64,000 bases of DNA, taken from Octopus bimaculoides (lineage: Eukaryota). The position numbers were made by a program, and so were the translations under genes. The stretch is taken from contig NC_068998.1 in assembly GCF_001194135.2 (NCBI RefSeq), positions 12,325,183-12,389,182 of the forward strand. The letters are read 5' to 3'. Below, piece by piece: positions 34,125-47,860 of this stretch; position 1 is the first letter of the stretch; every line of letters starts with the position of its first letter. The notes beneath the pieces are model-generated. The model worked only from the letters and a program-made list of their open reading frames with translations. It was not told where the DNA came from and did not search any database.

Positions 34125-34667
34125 ATCTGAAAACTGCTGCAATGAATGCTGTCATAATAATTCTGCCTGTCACTCCGTTACTTAGCCCGTCCGTAACGCT
34201 TCCATGTGATTGGTTGAAGGGGAAGGGGAAGAACGGAAGGGAGGGTGTCGAGGGGACGAATGAGAGAGGGGAGGCAAAGGGAGAGATGGTGGTGAGTGAA
34301 ATGTGTAATTCTTTTTTTAACTAAGTTTTTTTCCTCCGTTACTTAGTCCGTCTGTAACACTTTCACGTGATTAGTTGAAGGAAAAGGCAGAGAGCGAAAG
34401 AGAAAGGAGAGAGAAAAAGAGGGTAAGGTAAAGAGTGCGAGAGAAAGAGGGAGAGTGCTGTGTATTAAATCTATAAAATTGTGTATAAAGTATATAAAGT
34501 GTATATATAAAATGCACAAAGTCGCCATCGTATCCTAATTTCCTTCACTTTTCAATTAGCAGATGAGCGACTCTCTTTTGATACAGACACAACACAGGTT
34601 TTTGAATAAAGTTTTCAGAAATAACCCAGTAAGTTTAAATCCGTGAAATATTCACGAGTCCCGCTAG
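34125..34667 (+). mobile_element. Probable non-autonomous Helitron
   Basis: 3' end has hairpin CGTGAA-ATA-TTCACG (34642-34656), then CTAG (34664-34667) and T. Internal ~55-bp direct repeat at ~34164 and ~34335. The 5' end is uncertain. Confidence 0.55.
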
Positions 34668-34714
34668 TTCTCAATAAGGTTAACATTTTCTATTATCTTA
34701 ATATGAATGTTACG

Positions 34715-34900
34715 GAGGCACACGCGTGGCTTAGTGGTTAAGTGATTATGACATCACAATGATTGCAAGATTGTGGTTTCAGTTCCTAGACAAGCTGATA
34801 TGTTGTGTTCTTGAGCAAAACACACCATTTCACGTCAATCCAGTCCACTCAGCTGGCAAAAGTGAGTAATCCTACGACAGACCGGCGTCTCACAGAATCT
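34715..34900 (+). mobile_element. tRNA-derived SINE family D
   Basis: GTGGCTTAGTGGTTAAG head, GGTTTCAGTTCC B-box-like motif, CTTGAGCAAAACAC...CAGTCCACTCAGCTGGC core. Confidence 0.7.
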
Positions 34901-35689
34901 TGGAAATCGAGATTATGAGCTCATTCCTCGCGAAAAGCCTTTGATATATATATATATATTCTTAATATGAATACATTTCTTTTCTTTCCCAGGTCTCTGT
35001 TAGGCTAGTTCTTTCCAACTATTATGAAAACAATCCAAATATTATGAAAACAATTTTATTCATAAAGGGGAACTGGTTATTAGATCATGTGTTATTGTTG
35101 TACAAACACGAAAGTACGCAATCGACCAAAAGATATTTTTCTACTTCCTTTATTTTATTCTGGAAAACATGAGTTGCCATATAACTATTGTTTAGAGATA
35201 TACCTGTTATTATATTATTATTATGCACCTTTTCTAATGATTTAGTGGGAGTTTCACTGTTAATTAATGTAAATTTTTTGTCAGTACAAAATAAGTTTTT
35301 CGCCTGTTCGTCATGTTTTTGTTTTTTTTAAATGTCTGGAAGCTATTTTGCTCTGTTCAATAGTAGAGGTTGTTAAATACACCACGTTGTAAGATATATT
35401 TATCAACCTATATAGCTACTGTTGCTACTGTTCCTGTAGCCTACTGATGCTTTTGCAGTCTCTGCTGCTGCTTTTGCAATCTCTGCTGCTGTTGGTGTTG
35501 TGGTTGCTGTTTTTGCTGCTGCTGTGTGTATGTCTGTAGCATTTGAGAAGGCGTCCTATTTTCGCCCTCTGCTGTGGACAGAAAGCTCTAAGTTGGTTTG
35601 CGGTACCATATATGTGGCACTTCGACCTTCTTTTTTTTCATCATCACAAACAACTGGGAACTATTTCGCAGTTCGATCAAATCGTGACT

Positions 35690-35831
35690 GCTACTTCATT
35701 TTATCGATCCGAAAAGGATGAAAAGCAAGGTTGACCCTGGTGCTATTTGAATTCAAAGCGTAAAGAACTGAAAGAAATACCGTTAAGCATTTTGTCCGGC
35801 GTATTAACGATTCTGCCAACTCACCGCCTTA
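35690..35831 (-). mobile_element. SINE family A
   Basis: Ends with ATTCTGCCAACTCACCGCCTTA, the reverse complement of the head. Confidence 0.8.
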
Positions 35832-36706
35832 GAGTGTCTTATATGATGTAATTATTTTGAACCTGCCACATTATTAGTCATATTTTGACGTTAGCTGACA
35901 AACGTTTTTGAAAATTTACTTAATTTATAAGCATTGCACTTGGTTTGAATTAAATGTTTTGTTTGTAAGAAATATACGACTTCTCCAAAATACCAGCACT
36001 CCATAGCGCCCTCTTGATATTTTCCTCCCCTTTCTGAGCTCATAATGTCCCAAGGGGCGCTACCAATCGGTTTAAGAATCATTGGTTTACATAATAACTA
36101 CAGTAAAAATTAGGCACTATGAACTGGATTGCTTTCTGTTAGCCTTGATTTCTCATCCTCTATAAACTGTGGACATAAAAATAAACAAAATTGTGTTGTG
36201 TGTAGATTTTTGGTTATTTTCGTACTTTGGTGTTTGTTTGTACAAATCAGATTGTACATTTGAGCATTGATTATCGACAAGAACTTTTATCATTTACCTT
36301 CTTATGTCAATCTACTTGAGAATTTTATTTGCGACAGATAAAGTCGCTTGATGCAGCTTACTGCTGGTAACGTATTAATGTCAAGGACAGTTATAGAAAT
36401 ATATTTACCTCATCGTCCTAAGCACACTCTTTTAATCTCTCTACTTCATTCTCTTTCTTAATCACTAACAAAGCAAAATTTACAATCGGAAATGAAAATA
36501 TGAGTTTGTTATCATTTTCAGTTAGATCGGTTAAACCTTGTTTATTTAGTAGGAAGGGTCAGGTAAACAACTATAGAACAAGCATAGCTTGTCTTCTTTG
36601 TAAGGTTTGCAGATCTGAGAAAGAGGTCAGAAATTTTTATGTAGGACTATCAGCCATGACACTTTGGAGTAAATTGTTGAAGAAAACACGAGGTGTAATG
36701 TAATTT

Positions 36707-36713
36707 TCAAAAC

Positions 36714-36765
<52 letters not shown>
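36707..36765. repeat. (AAT)n microsatellite
   Basis: Seen directly. Confidence 0.95.
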
Positions 36766-36768
<3 letters not shown>

Positions 36769-36974
36769 GAAAAATGCTGTTAAGAATGCAAACAATTTCA
36801 GAGACAAGTGTGGAACAAGAAAATGTGGGTAAACAGTAGACATCTTTAGAAAATTGTACAAAGCTATCCATTTATACCGCTCGTGGTATTTTGACAGCTC
36901 TTCTCGTCAATGATGTTTTTTTTATTATTTTTTTTACATGTTTCAATATTTAAATACTGTGCTTGTTCCTCACA

Positions 36975-37775
36975 ACTGCTTGGCAACTGGTGTTGGTATG
37001 TTTTCGTCTCCGTAAGTTAACTGTTCGGCAAAAGAGAGACCGATAGAATAAGTTTTAAAGTAAAATAAGAACTGGGGGTTGATTCGTTTGACTAAAATCC
37101 TTCAAGGTGGTGCCCCGGCATGGCCGCAGTCTAATGACTGAAACAAGTAAAAAAAAAAGATAAAGATAAAAAAACTTGCAATAAGTTACATGAGTTACAT
37201 TTATATATGACTTGTAAATAAATCTATAACCAAACTCAAAACGATGATTAATGAATGTTGACAAAATCAGCAAAGAAACTGAATTAAAAATTTAATAAAA
37301 ATAATTAGAAGCAAACAGAATACGAGGTTAACATACAAAATATTAAAATAATATTAAAAAAAAACATTAAATATCGTGCTTAACTCAAACATCACCAAAA
37401 CCTCATTATTCATTGTAAACACGATTAGACATATTAAGTCTTATATCGATCACTATATCCTTGCTCTGAGACTCTCAATAAATTGGTATCACAGGTCACA
37501 GATGATTATCAAAATACTTTCTTTGTTTTTCGTACTTGTGTTGCGTAATCGCTGCCCACGTTACGGTTTGACATAAAGTTGTGCAACATATACTATTAGC
37601 ATAGCTGCAACAAGCTTCAGAAGCAACTGAAGGGTTGCGGTTGCAGTTTTAACTCCTTAATTCTGAACTCATTCATGTGATACTAGTATTATCTTTTATC
37701 TTTTATTTGTTCCAGTAATTTGACTTGCGGCCATGCTGGGGCACTGCCTTGAACGGTTTTAGTCGAACAATTCAA
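36975..37775. mobile_element. Two SINE family B 3' fragments in convergent orientation
   Basis: 36975-37170 (+) and 37689-37775 (-) both carry the GCCCCGGCATGGCCGCA...TGACTGAAACAAGTAAAA tail. Confidence 0.75.
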
Positions 37776-38092
37776 ATTTAGTCAAAGGCTCATCGTAAGT
37801 GGCTAATTCAAACGACCCGAGTAAACTGCTACTGACGAAACTTAGAAGACAGACCCTCCCAAATACATACATACACACACACAAAAACATACATACACAC
37901 ACACAAAAACATACATACACACACACAAATACATACATACATACACACACACATTCGTTCATGCTGATGTGTTTAGAGTTAGTTCTTCCTACCGTTCAAA
38001 CTCGTTTATGGAGACGTGCAAACACATGCGCACATGCACAAACATGCATGAATGCATACAACATATAAACAATTTGATGCACACGCATCTCA

Positions 38093-38169
<77 letters not shown>

Positions 38170-38332
38170 NNNNNNNNNNNNNNNNNNNNNNNNNNNNNNN
38201 NNNNNNNNNNNNNNNNNNNNNNNNNNNNNNNNNNNNNNNNNNNNNNNNNNNNNNNNNNNNNNNNNNNNNNNNNNNNNNNNNNNNNNNNNNNNNNNNNNNN
38301 NNNNNNNNNNNNNNNNNNNNNNNNNNNNNNNN

Positions 38333-38389
<57 letters not shown>

Positions 38390-38756
38390 ACATACACACA
38401 TGTAGACTCACATAGATACATGTACACGTAATACAAACCTGTAATTGGATAAGACATAACATTACAAACAAAGTATACACATACACCTTAAAACACACAG
38501 CATATACACACCTACGCATACGTATGCACTCATAGAGATGCATAAGCACACATATACAAACACACACGCATGCGCATATACACACGCATGCGCATATACA
38601 CACACACATTCACGCGGACGGAAAAATCATACATGGAAAGACACACCTGGAAATTTATATGTATATCTGTGTATGTGTGTGTGTGTAGATTCATGAGTAT
38701 GTGTGTGTGTGTTTATGTGTTCATGTGTGTGTGTGCTTGTGTGTATGTGTGTGTGT

Positions 38757-38789
<33 letters not shown>

Positions 38790-41007
38790 GTAACATAGCT
38801 ACAGAAGCCAACATTAGCTTCATTGAATCCAAATTGTACAGAAATCAACAATAATCAACCAATCGGATTCATATCTACTCCGTAGGAGGCCAGTTATGTA
38901 TAGCCCTCGCTCGGATGCAAGAAGAAAAGCAACTGAAAGAAATTAGCTGAAAACTACAAAGAAGATAGGCAACATCAATACATTACAGAACGTCGGAGGG
39001 TATCAATACCAACCACTCACTTAGGTATTTTCACTGCTGAAGGATGATCGAGATATGAAGGAGAAACCCGCTCAGCCATAAATGGAGAACCGACAAAAGA
39101 GACACATACGCAGATTAATTTCTCAACATTTCGTCCAACCATGTACCTGTCACGTATTGCAACCGAGGTTGGGCACCAATGATTGGGAAGTACAGTCATA
39201 AAAGCATCTATAGTTGAAGAGAATCATCATCGAGTTTGATGGGTGACCATAATTAGCAAGCAACGTATGAGTATGTGTACTAAATGTGTGTATATATATA
39301 TACCTGAATTTAAGTATGTAAATATACACATCACATACACACAGTCACACACACGTGTGTATCTCTGTATGTATATATAGGCATAGGGGTGTGTGATTCA
39401 CCCTCGGTGATATAGATGTGTGGCGAGTCAGACTGTCTGCGAGCTTCCCCAGTCTTGAGGTAACTATAATGACACACATCTGGTGAGATTGTCTTCCAAC
39501 CATAAATTATACGAACTATGGCCGAAATTGACCATATGGGCAGGTGGGCCAACGTCCTTTGTGTGAATGTATGTACGACCAGGTGTGTATGTGCGAATGT
39601 GTATATGCATCCCGACCTAAACTAGCTAGGTCTCCCCCTTTCTCCCCCTAAACATTCTTACCTGCATATGTATCTTTCTCTTCCCTTTTCTAGTACCATT
39701 CTTTTGTCTTAAATCCAATGTAACTCAATCCCTCCCTGTCCATCCGTTCACTTCCCCACAAAATTTTTATTTATTTATTTATTTATTTATTTTACCAACA
39801 GTTATTTGCAGAGTTCAAATGCAGCACACTAAAAACTCGATAATAGCGACTGCACCAGTTATATGTACAGGTAAAATTCATTGACTGTCTCTTTTCGTTG
39901 GTACAAAAAGAGAATAAAGTGTTGCATATGTTATAGTAAGCTGGCCAAATGTGGGAATTAATCAAGCTCGTCGCCATTCTATCTGTTTTTCTTGATACAT
40001 TGTATGATACAAATCGAACTACACTCCATTTTACAGATGCTAAAATGTGATTATTTCTAGCAGATCTGACAACCATAAACAAAGTACTTCATTGGCTTGT
40101 AATGGGTTAGCATCTACTGCTCGGTGTAAGAATACACGATTTGCATCAGATAAAATAGCAGTCACTATAATAGGAGTTTTTACACGTGGCTGTTTTATAC
40201 ATTATTCACCCATCTTATCTAAAGGAAGAGATACGCCTTATCGTAATATATACCAAAAAAGCAATTGTACGAGTGGCGGCATCTAAACTGCAATTATTTT
40301 ACTGTCCTGACAGCCGTGACACTGAATATCGTAACACAATTTCATATTTGTGGAATTTTCCTCTCCGATAACACATTTAGAAATGTTTTGTTCATGCAAG
40401 ACTCCACTTGATCATCACGTACAAATAGCGTGATACGGGAGAAGAATACCGTTTCACTTATCTGACATTCTGCAAAATATATATCTCTTGGTAAGATTAA
40501 AGATTTATTGCTCAGAAGTTGATGAAAATAATAATACATGAGATTTGTAATTAAATGCATTTGTTGAGATTTCAAGTTTATAAAATTGAAATGCGATATA
40601 ATTCTCTGTTTTCTACTTCATTTTCACCTCCGTATTATGTTAATCATAGTGACAAATGAGATATGTATGAGGAAATAACTTATTAATGAACATTTTCTTT
40701 TACATCGCAGTCGGGGAGCAATAGGATCGTTGCTTACAGATTTGTGAATTATCGATTTATTGCTTTTGTAACGACTAGAGACACAGGAATATCTAACTCT
40801 GAGGAATTTATACCGTATAGATTATTTATTATTTATAAGTACAAGATTTTCGGTTACCTCAGTGAAGTTTACATATTTCATTGATATATCGACGGGAGAC
40901 AGACAGACACACACACACACACACACACACATATTCGTACACACGTATGTACAAACTTCCTTACTAACAACACATCATAGGCATGTATACATGAGAACAA
41001 AGTTAGA

Positions 41008-41287
41008 AGAACCAATGTAATTTACAAATTTGACTGTAAAAAGGGGAAGTTGCAAACCTCGTGGTTCCAACTGTTACGCTGGTCAGATAAGTACAACCAG
41101 CTGTTGGAGGTTCACCATGCTTTTAAAACAAGGAGTAATTGCACCACACTACACTACATAAAACAAAACTAGACCAGGAAAAGTTAAATGAAAGTATATC
41201 ACAAAACTCCTCACAGAAATACAACACTGATTATGGAAGCAATAATATTGCAACACAAGGCTACAACGACTATACAACATACATAAG
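41008..41287 (+). mobile_element. Penelope-like element, degenerate GIY-YIG endonuclease
   Basis: Frameshifted RTNVIYKFDC...CYAGQ...RFTMLLKQGVI..H...LIMEAIIL matches the GIY-YIG layout (VIY, YxG, R...H, E). Confidence 0.6.
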
Positions 41288-42829
41288 TCAAAAGTGGAAA
41301 TCCGATGGCATACAACAGAATTGCTCTAAAGGTGAAGTCCTGGCGGGGAAATCTGTACTATTAGAAAGCGCCATTACTAAAAGGGAAAGCACAGAAGGCA
41401 AAATCACCCCATTTCCTGAAGATGAGGTGGAGATAGAATGGAAACATCGATGAAAATGAATTCGGGAACTTTATTGTGCCAAAAGGAATTGTGTTGCATA
41501 CATATTGGAGAACAGATTGATAAAAATAAGATTACATTAATACAAAGTTATATTTTCATGACGTATTTAGAAGAAAAAGTATTCTTCCCATTTACATTAT
41601 GTTCACTACTACACCCAGGAACTAAACCAGATCGTAGCTGATTGCCTATAAAATGTAAAGGTTGCACAAGAAATTTCTGATGTACTGAAGTAATTCTACA
41701 TGTTCACTGTGCATCAATACTTCAAGCAGTTACAGAAAGAAAAAGATTGCAGCCGAGGAGTGTTGAAAAAGCTTATATCTTAATCAGAATCTGTAGTGTT
41801 ACACTATGCAGGATACGCTTCTATTTATTTTGGATATTCAGCGGGGTTACCAAGTCATCAGAGAAAACTGATGTGAACATCAGAGAAAACTGTTGTTTGT
41901 GTCTATCCTGAAGCAAGTAGCGACAAAAGCAAAGGGAAATTGTATTTTTAAAAAGTGGTAACTGTGACATTTCTGTTTTTCTGTGAAAAATTAAGAAGCT
42001 TCTTATGTGGAATCGAAACTGAGGTGTTGACCAATATGTCAATAGCTTCTATGGCACTCGCCACTATTGCTTTACAAAATGACATGTGGGTGAAAACCGT
42101 CACTTATCTCTCTTAAAATAAACTTTAACCATGACCTTGACAATAAAAGTGAGATCATCATGTTTCATTAATCTATTATATCAGTAAACACGTACACACA
42201 CACACACACACACACAGAATTGAAAAGATAACCAAAAATGATAATTCAATGAAGTGAAATATCAGTCAATGACTTAGAATTATTTTCCTTATATCAGTAG
42301 TATGAGAATTAACACCGGACATATTAAGATTTTAATGTGGTTTCATCTACGAAATATAGCCTTCACAGTATCTATCGAAGCAGTGATGAATGAATCAAAA
42401 TTCTATATTTATTGGTTCAGGAAAAGAGAAAGAATTGTTTAGAAATTAAATAGTTCAGATATGCCACCTCCATGGAAAGCAAATGATTAATCTAGTGTTA
42501 GTATGCATGTGATTCAATATACTTTCTTTCAAAATAATAAATGATATGTGATCAATATGTTACTTCAGAGGATACGCGAGATTTGGGATGTTTATCCATT
42601 TCTATAAACCATTATCAACGAGAACGATGTGAAGTAAATACAGTTGAGAATAGAAACATAACGGCGGACTTTATTCGTCCAACCCGATAACTAACAGCAC
42701 ACCAAGGATGAAACCTCTACATTGTCACTTTTCCTGCTAGATATAGCCGTCAAGTCTTCCTCAAATAATACATTACTATCTCACCAAATGATTCACTGGA
42801 CCCAAATGATCCTTAGTTCCGGGTCAGCA

Positions 42830-43110
42830 GAGGTTGGGATAGTCATGGTTGGAATGGCTTTGATCTTAAAACAAACTCGATTAGAGTTGACTTAAGCCTA
42901 AACATCAGCAATAGTAACAACACACAACAAGCCAATGAGGAACCTCTGTGCTGTCGCTCGACCTACTGTAAATAGTAGCCAAATATCTCTCATATTGCAC
43001 GCTACCGCTTCATATAACAGCTATTTTAGACAATGTAAGTCTAGTTATATTGGAAGCCTGGATAATCTTCGATCATAAGCAGTTCGTCCATGTAAGACTT
43101 GCGAGTAAAC
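42830..43110 (+). mobile_element. Short interspersed repeat family E (other fragments at ~8775-8850, 43563-43640, 56380-56470)
   Basis: Recurring motifs GGGAT(A/G)G(T/C)CATG...TTTG(A/G)TC(T/A)TA...TAAACA and AATAG(C/T)AGCCAAAT; family identity not established. Confidence 0.5.
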
Positions 43111-43174
43111 AACATTAATAGTTCACAAGTGCTGGCTAAAACTCAAATGACTGTTTTATATTAACAAGGTGAGT

Positions 43175-43329
43175 AAGGCGGCGAGTTTGCAGATTCGTTA
43201 GCATGCCGGGAAAAATGCTTAGCGGCAATTCGTCCTTAGGTTCTGTGTTCAAATTCAGCCGGGGGTCAATGTAATCGACTTAGTCCCTCCCCCGAAATTG
43301 CTACCCTTGTGCCAAAATTTGAGACCAAC
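43175..43329 (+). mobile_element. SINE family A with internal deletion
   Basis: Head TAAGGCGGCGAG and tail CCTTGTGCCAAAATTTGAGACCAA. Confidence 0.85.
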
Positions 43330-44714
43330 ATTACGAAGGCAAGTCATGAATGGAGGAGCCAAGTGGATGCATTTCATCGGTCGAATTAGACCAACTAGAA
43401 AATCATTTGTTTGCTAAGCTAGAAAAAAAAATACCGCAAACAAAAGCATGCCTGGGTTTTGCCGAGAAGTCCACTCAGTGAATCATAAATACGGGTTTCA
43501 AATCTGGCCAGAATTTCTGTTGATTAGAGGATTTTATTTTGATTATTCCATTACATGAATAAAAGATGGGATGGCTATGATTTGAACAACTTTGGTCTTA
43601 GGTTTGCTTGAGTAGGGATTACTTGTGATTAAACAATAACCGACTAACTACGCAGCACCTGATTGCTGGATCAGTAACTGATTTGGAGTTACGCAACAGC
43701 AATAAAATGGCCATCCTACATGACATTTGTTGTACACAAATGACTCTGCTATTTACGGTAATCAAAGCCTCCATATCATCTTAGTTGTTTTAGTAAATAA
43801 TCGTAAATGCTCTGAATTACTACCATCAAAAGATTGGTGGGACGGGGAGTAGAGAGTGAATAACGATTGAATTGTAAACTAATAAAACCGGTCGGCGGTT
43901 CAATCCCCAATCTAAGCTGTTGTTTGAGAAGTAGAATTGAGAGTAACTGATGAATTGCTAACAATTAAACTGGGGCCGTGTTCTTATTCCTTATTGCTCA
44001 ATTGACACACGTTACAGGATCTACGGGAGAGAGAGGTTCAGCCGGTAAATCGATCTGGAGAGGGAAAAGCCAATGAGAGGCCCGTGAGTGTCTTTTTTAA
44101 AACAAAAATAAATCTCGCAGTCCCCAATGGACTCTGCTTCCCGGAAACTGAAACTGTCTTGTTCCACATTATCATATTTCTCTCCGAGGTCCTACATCTG
44201 ACTGTGATTTCGCAGCAACAACGCATTGATACATAGAAATAAGTAATTACGCAGCAGTATATTTATTTAGCCATAAACCCACACTGTATTCGCTAGACTA
44301 ACAAATAATAATGTGACGAAAGCAAGTGATGACAACTTCCCAGGTGTAAGAAGAGATACTGATGACATTAGATAATTACTAAACATTGAAAGAGATTTTC
44401 AGGTTACTTGAGGCTAAATTCCAAAACGTTTCATTGTGTAAACAGAAACAATAAATGAGTTTAAATTTGTTTTTCTAAGATTTAAAAATATCAAATATCA
44501 AATTTGAGTTGTCTTCTGCTGCTGCTGTTGATGATGTTGCTACAGTTTTCCTCATTTCTGATTCTTGTTCTTGCTGCAGTTATCGATGCCGTAGTCTCTG
44601 TTAGTATTGTTGTTGACGTCACTGTTTTAACCGTTTCATTCTCTCTCCTACCTCTTTTGTCTTCTGATTCCGCCCTCTTCTTTTATTTACTCTTTTTTTT
44701 TCGATTTTCGTTGA

Positions 44715-44809
44715 TTCTTCTTCTTCTTCTTCTTCTTCTTCTTCTTCTTCTTCTTCTTCTTCTTCTTCTTCTTCTTCTTCTTCTTCTTCTTCTTCTTCTT
44801 CTTCTTCTT
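44715..44809. repeat. (CTT)n microsatellite running into a gap
   Basis: Seen directly. Confidence 0.95.
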
Positions 44810-46181
44810 NNNNNNNNNNNNNNNNNNNNNNNNNNNNNNNNNNNNNNNNNNNNNNNNNNNNNNNNNNNNNNNNNNNNNNNNNNNNNNNNNNNNNNNNNNN
44901 NNNNNNNNNNNNNNNNNNNNNNNNNNNNNNNNNNNNNNNNNNNNNNNNNNNNNNNNNNNNNNNNNNNNNNNNNNNNNNNNNNNNNNNNNNNNNNNNNNNN
45001 NNNNNNNNNNNNNNNNNNNNNNNNNNNNNNNNNNNNNNNNNNNNNNNNNNNNNNNNNNNNNNNNNNNNNNNNNNNNNNNNNNNNNNNNNNNNNNNNNNNN
45101 NNNNNNNNNNNNNNNNNNNNNNNNNNNNNNNNNNNNNNNNNNNNNNNNNNNNNNNNNNNNNNNNNNNNNNNNNNNNNNNNNNNNNNNNNNNNNNNNNNNN
45201 NNNNNNNNNNNNNNNNNNNNNNNNNNNNNNNNNNNNNNNNNNNNNNNNNNNNNNNNNNNNNNNNNNNNNNNNNNNNNNNNNNNNNNNNNNNNNTGCTCAC
45301 TTTCCTACCTATTTATTTAGTTCATTGCTTCAAGGTAGCTTGGTGTCAGGTTCCGTTGCATTTGAAATCAGTTAAATGTAAAAGGATACTTGGCTAACGA
45401 CATGGTTGTGGGTGTTAGTGGTCAACTGCAGCAATGGTGGTGATTGAGGTGACTGAACCAAGGCCAAATATGATAAATAGAAACGAAGAAAAAAAACATT
45501 GCATTCTGAACACCAGAAAGGGTGAGAGGGAACGAGAGAGATAGAGAGAAAGGGAGGAAAGTAGGAATAGAGAAAGGGAGAAAAAGAGAGAAAGAAAGAG
45601 AGATGGATTTCTCCACAACCATTATTTTCAACTCTTCTGTGTTATGGCATTAAGGTATCAAATGAAACACGCCATCACAAAATGTGTAAACTACTACTTT
45701 CATTATTGAATTAATTTTGTCGATAGAAATCTTTTGAGCAGTCCAGTGTATGCCCCGTTTACCTTGGGGAAAGAAAACATGAATTGATCTTGGACATTTT
45801 AGATTTTGTAAACATGGCCTTTTTCTTCAGGGTAGCAGTGAGCGGAACTAGTCACAATATGGTAGCAGTGATCAGTCCCAAAAGAAAAAAATTAAAATTG
45901 TAAAACCATTAGCACAATTTGAAATAAACAACGAACGGAAACGACAGTTATGGAGGCAGACATTTGCAAAAAACAAAACATTTATACCTCGCGAGACACA
46001 AATTAATCTGTTATTAGTAGCTTTGATTAATAAAGAAAAGTCTTTGGACATGTGTTGGTTCCCGGAAAATATGGATGTTACAAGAGAAGCCGGGACTGAT
46101 TTCTTGCTCGTGTTTGTGAGCATATGAAAGTCCTGGTTGACGTGGTTTCCATTAAACGGGGGCAGAATATAAAGGTGTATA

Positions 46182-46398
46182 TGAAGGGGTGCTGAAAAGT
46201 TCCTGGCTTTAAGGGTGTCGCGAAAGGCCTGGTTGAAGGTCCAACCTTCTGAGTTCTTTTACAGGGCTTAGAAAAACTGAAGGACCGCTGCAATAAGTGT
46301 GTGAATCTGAGAGGGGAATATGTTGAACAAGATTATAATTAACTGATCCTCCTGTATTTTCTTTCACCGAAAACCAGGAACTTTTCAGTACACCCTCG
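46182..46398 (+). mobile_element. Non-autonomous mariner (MITE-like), 217 bp
   Basis: TIRs TGAAGGGGTGCTGAAAAGTTCCTGG and CCAGGAACTTTTCAGTACACCCTCG, TA on both sides, internal GLEKLKDRCNKCVNLRGEYVE (mariner C-terminus). Confidence 0.9.
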
Positions 46399-46589
46399 TA
46401 TGACGTGAGATGAAGTGATAGGCTCAGCTTGTGCTTACCTGCCGACATATCAATGCTATAGTATATGGGATAGCTGAAGCTGAATACAAGTGTAAATTGA
46501 CAGGAATCATGTAAGGTAGCGTGCTGGTTTCTGTATGGTTGAATTACTATTCAATTCATTTATGTGGCCGCGCTATTACAGAGGAGGAT

Positions 46590-46740
46590 AGAAAGAAATA
46601 TAGAAATCACTATTAAATTTTGACTTGACGGGTAAATTAATCAACACCAAGCTACGAGAAGTTCCTTCAGCGCTAATATGCTGATGACTGTGCTCTTATT
46701 GCGCAAACTCCAGAACTCTACCAATCAACTCATCAGCTGT
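46590..46740 (+). mobile_element. RTE-type RT fragment
   Basis: YADDCALIAQT motif at ~46678-46710. Confidence 0.55.
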
Positions 46741-46780
46741 CACAGTTTATGAAAGAATAAACTTAGCCTCTAACATCTCC

Positions 46781-46820
<40 letters not shown>

Positions 46821-46829
46821 ACCCAGGTC

Positions 46830-47210
46830 GTCTGTCAGATGGCTGACACAACACAAACTACCACAGTATTCTCGATTCAGATATCGAGTCAGAATAAATT
46901 CAAAACTTCATCAGACAGGCCTTTACGTCCTTAAGAAAACTTTTTCTAAACGTCTATCAGTCTCTTTCACCGATTTCCTCGGCTACCGAAAAGTTTTTGT
47001 TTCCACTCTCTTATATAAACGCGAAACATGAACTACATACAGCCAACTCACCACGACTTTGTAGGTATTTAATGTACAGTGTCTCCAGAAGTTCTCAATT
47101 ACCTGACAAACCAACATTAACAGTTGTGAATCCACGCTATGCAACCATCAACAAGCAGTGCACTTATCTTGCTCTTGCGTTGCTCGTAGGATCTAATCAG
47201 GATTGAAGAA
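46830..47210 (-). mobile_element. Penelope-like 3' fragment
   Basis: Minus strand ELLETLYIKYL resembles the GIY-YIG C-terminal helix; followed by a degenerate CTGATGA motif. Confidence 0.4.
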
Positions 47211-47796
47211 AAGGTTCAAAGGCCAGTTGAAAGTCATTTCAAAGGGTGCATTGTCAATCCTTTAAAAGAGAAAGCCCTCGCTACTCGCCATTCACTTTGG
47301 CATTTTAACTGCCGGAAGGAGATTGAAGATATGGAGAAGAATCGCACTCAGCACTAGCAGCAAATTAAAAAGCTTATATACAGTAGCTTCGTCTCCTCAT
47401 CTACATCTGAAAGGCATATATCAAAGACTGGGATGCAAAATTAACAGAAGATATACAAATGAAAGATATAAGCATACAAATGAATATAAGTGCATGTGTA
47501 TGTGAAGTGAAGTGGTCAAAACACATTGTGTTGAAATGTTTTACATGTAACAAACAATTCCGTTTTGACAAGTCAGCCTGCGGCAACATGATATTTTAGA
47601 AGTCTGAATTAAAACCCCACAGCAGATTAATAATGCCGGGTTGTATTTCGGTAATATTCAAGTACTTAATACCTTTTATGCGATTTCTCAGCATAGAGAA
47701 GAATAGAGAAAGGAACGTTTAAAATATTATATAATAGAAGCGATATCAAATTATATTTCAATATTAAAATGTGATGGTTATAGCATGTGTATTATG

Positions 47797-47860
<64 letters not shown>

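Noticed and set aside
38888-38925. GGQLCIALAR, resembling the Helitron/PIF1 GQLYVALSR motif
   Set aside because: Too short and without supporting helicase motifs.
39790-40575. Coding-looking minus-strand stretch with hydrophobic segments
   Set aside because: About 8 stops in ~166 codons in the best frame, near random expectation; no recognisable family motif. BLASTX would settle it.
41139-41453. 104-aa ORF
   Set aside because: Overlaps the Penelope GIY-YIG remnant largely in another frame; not an independent gene.
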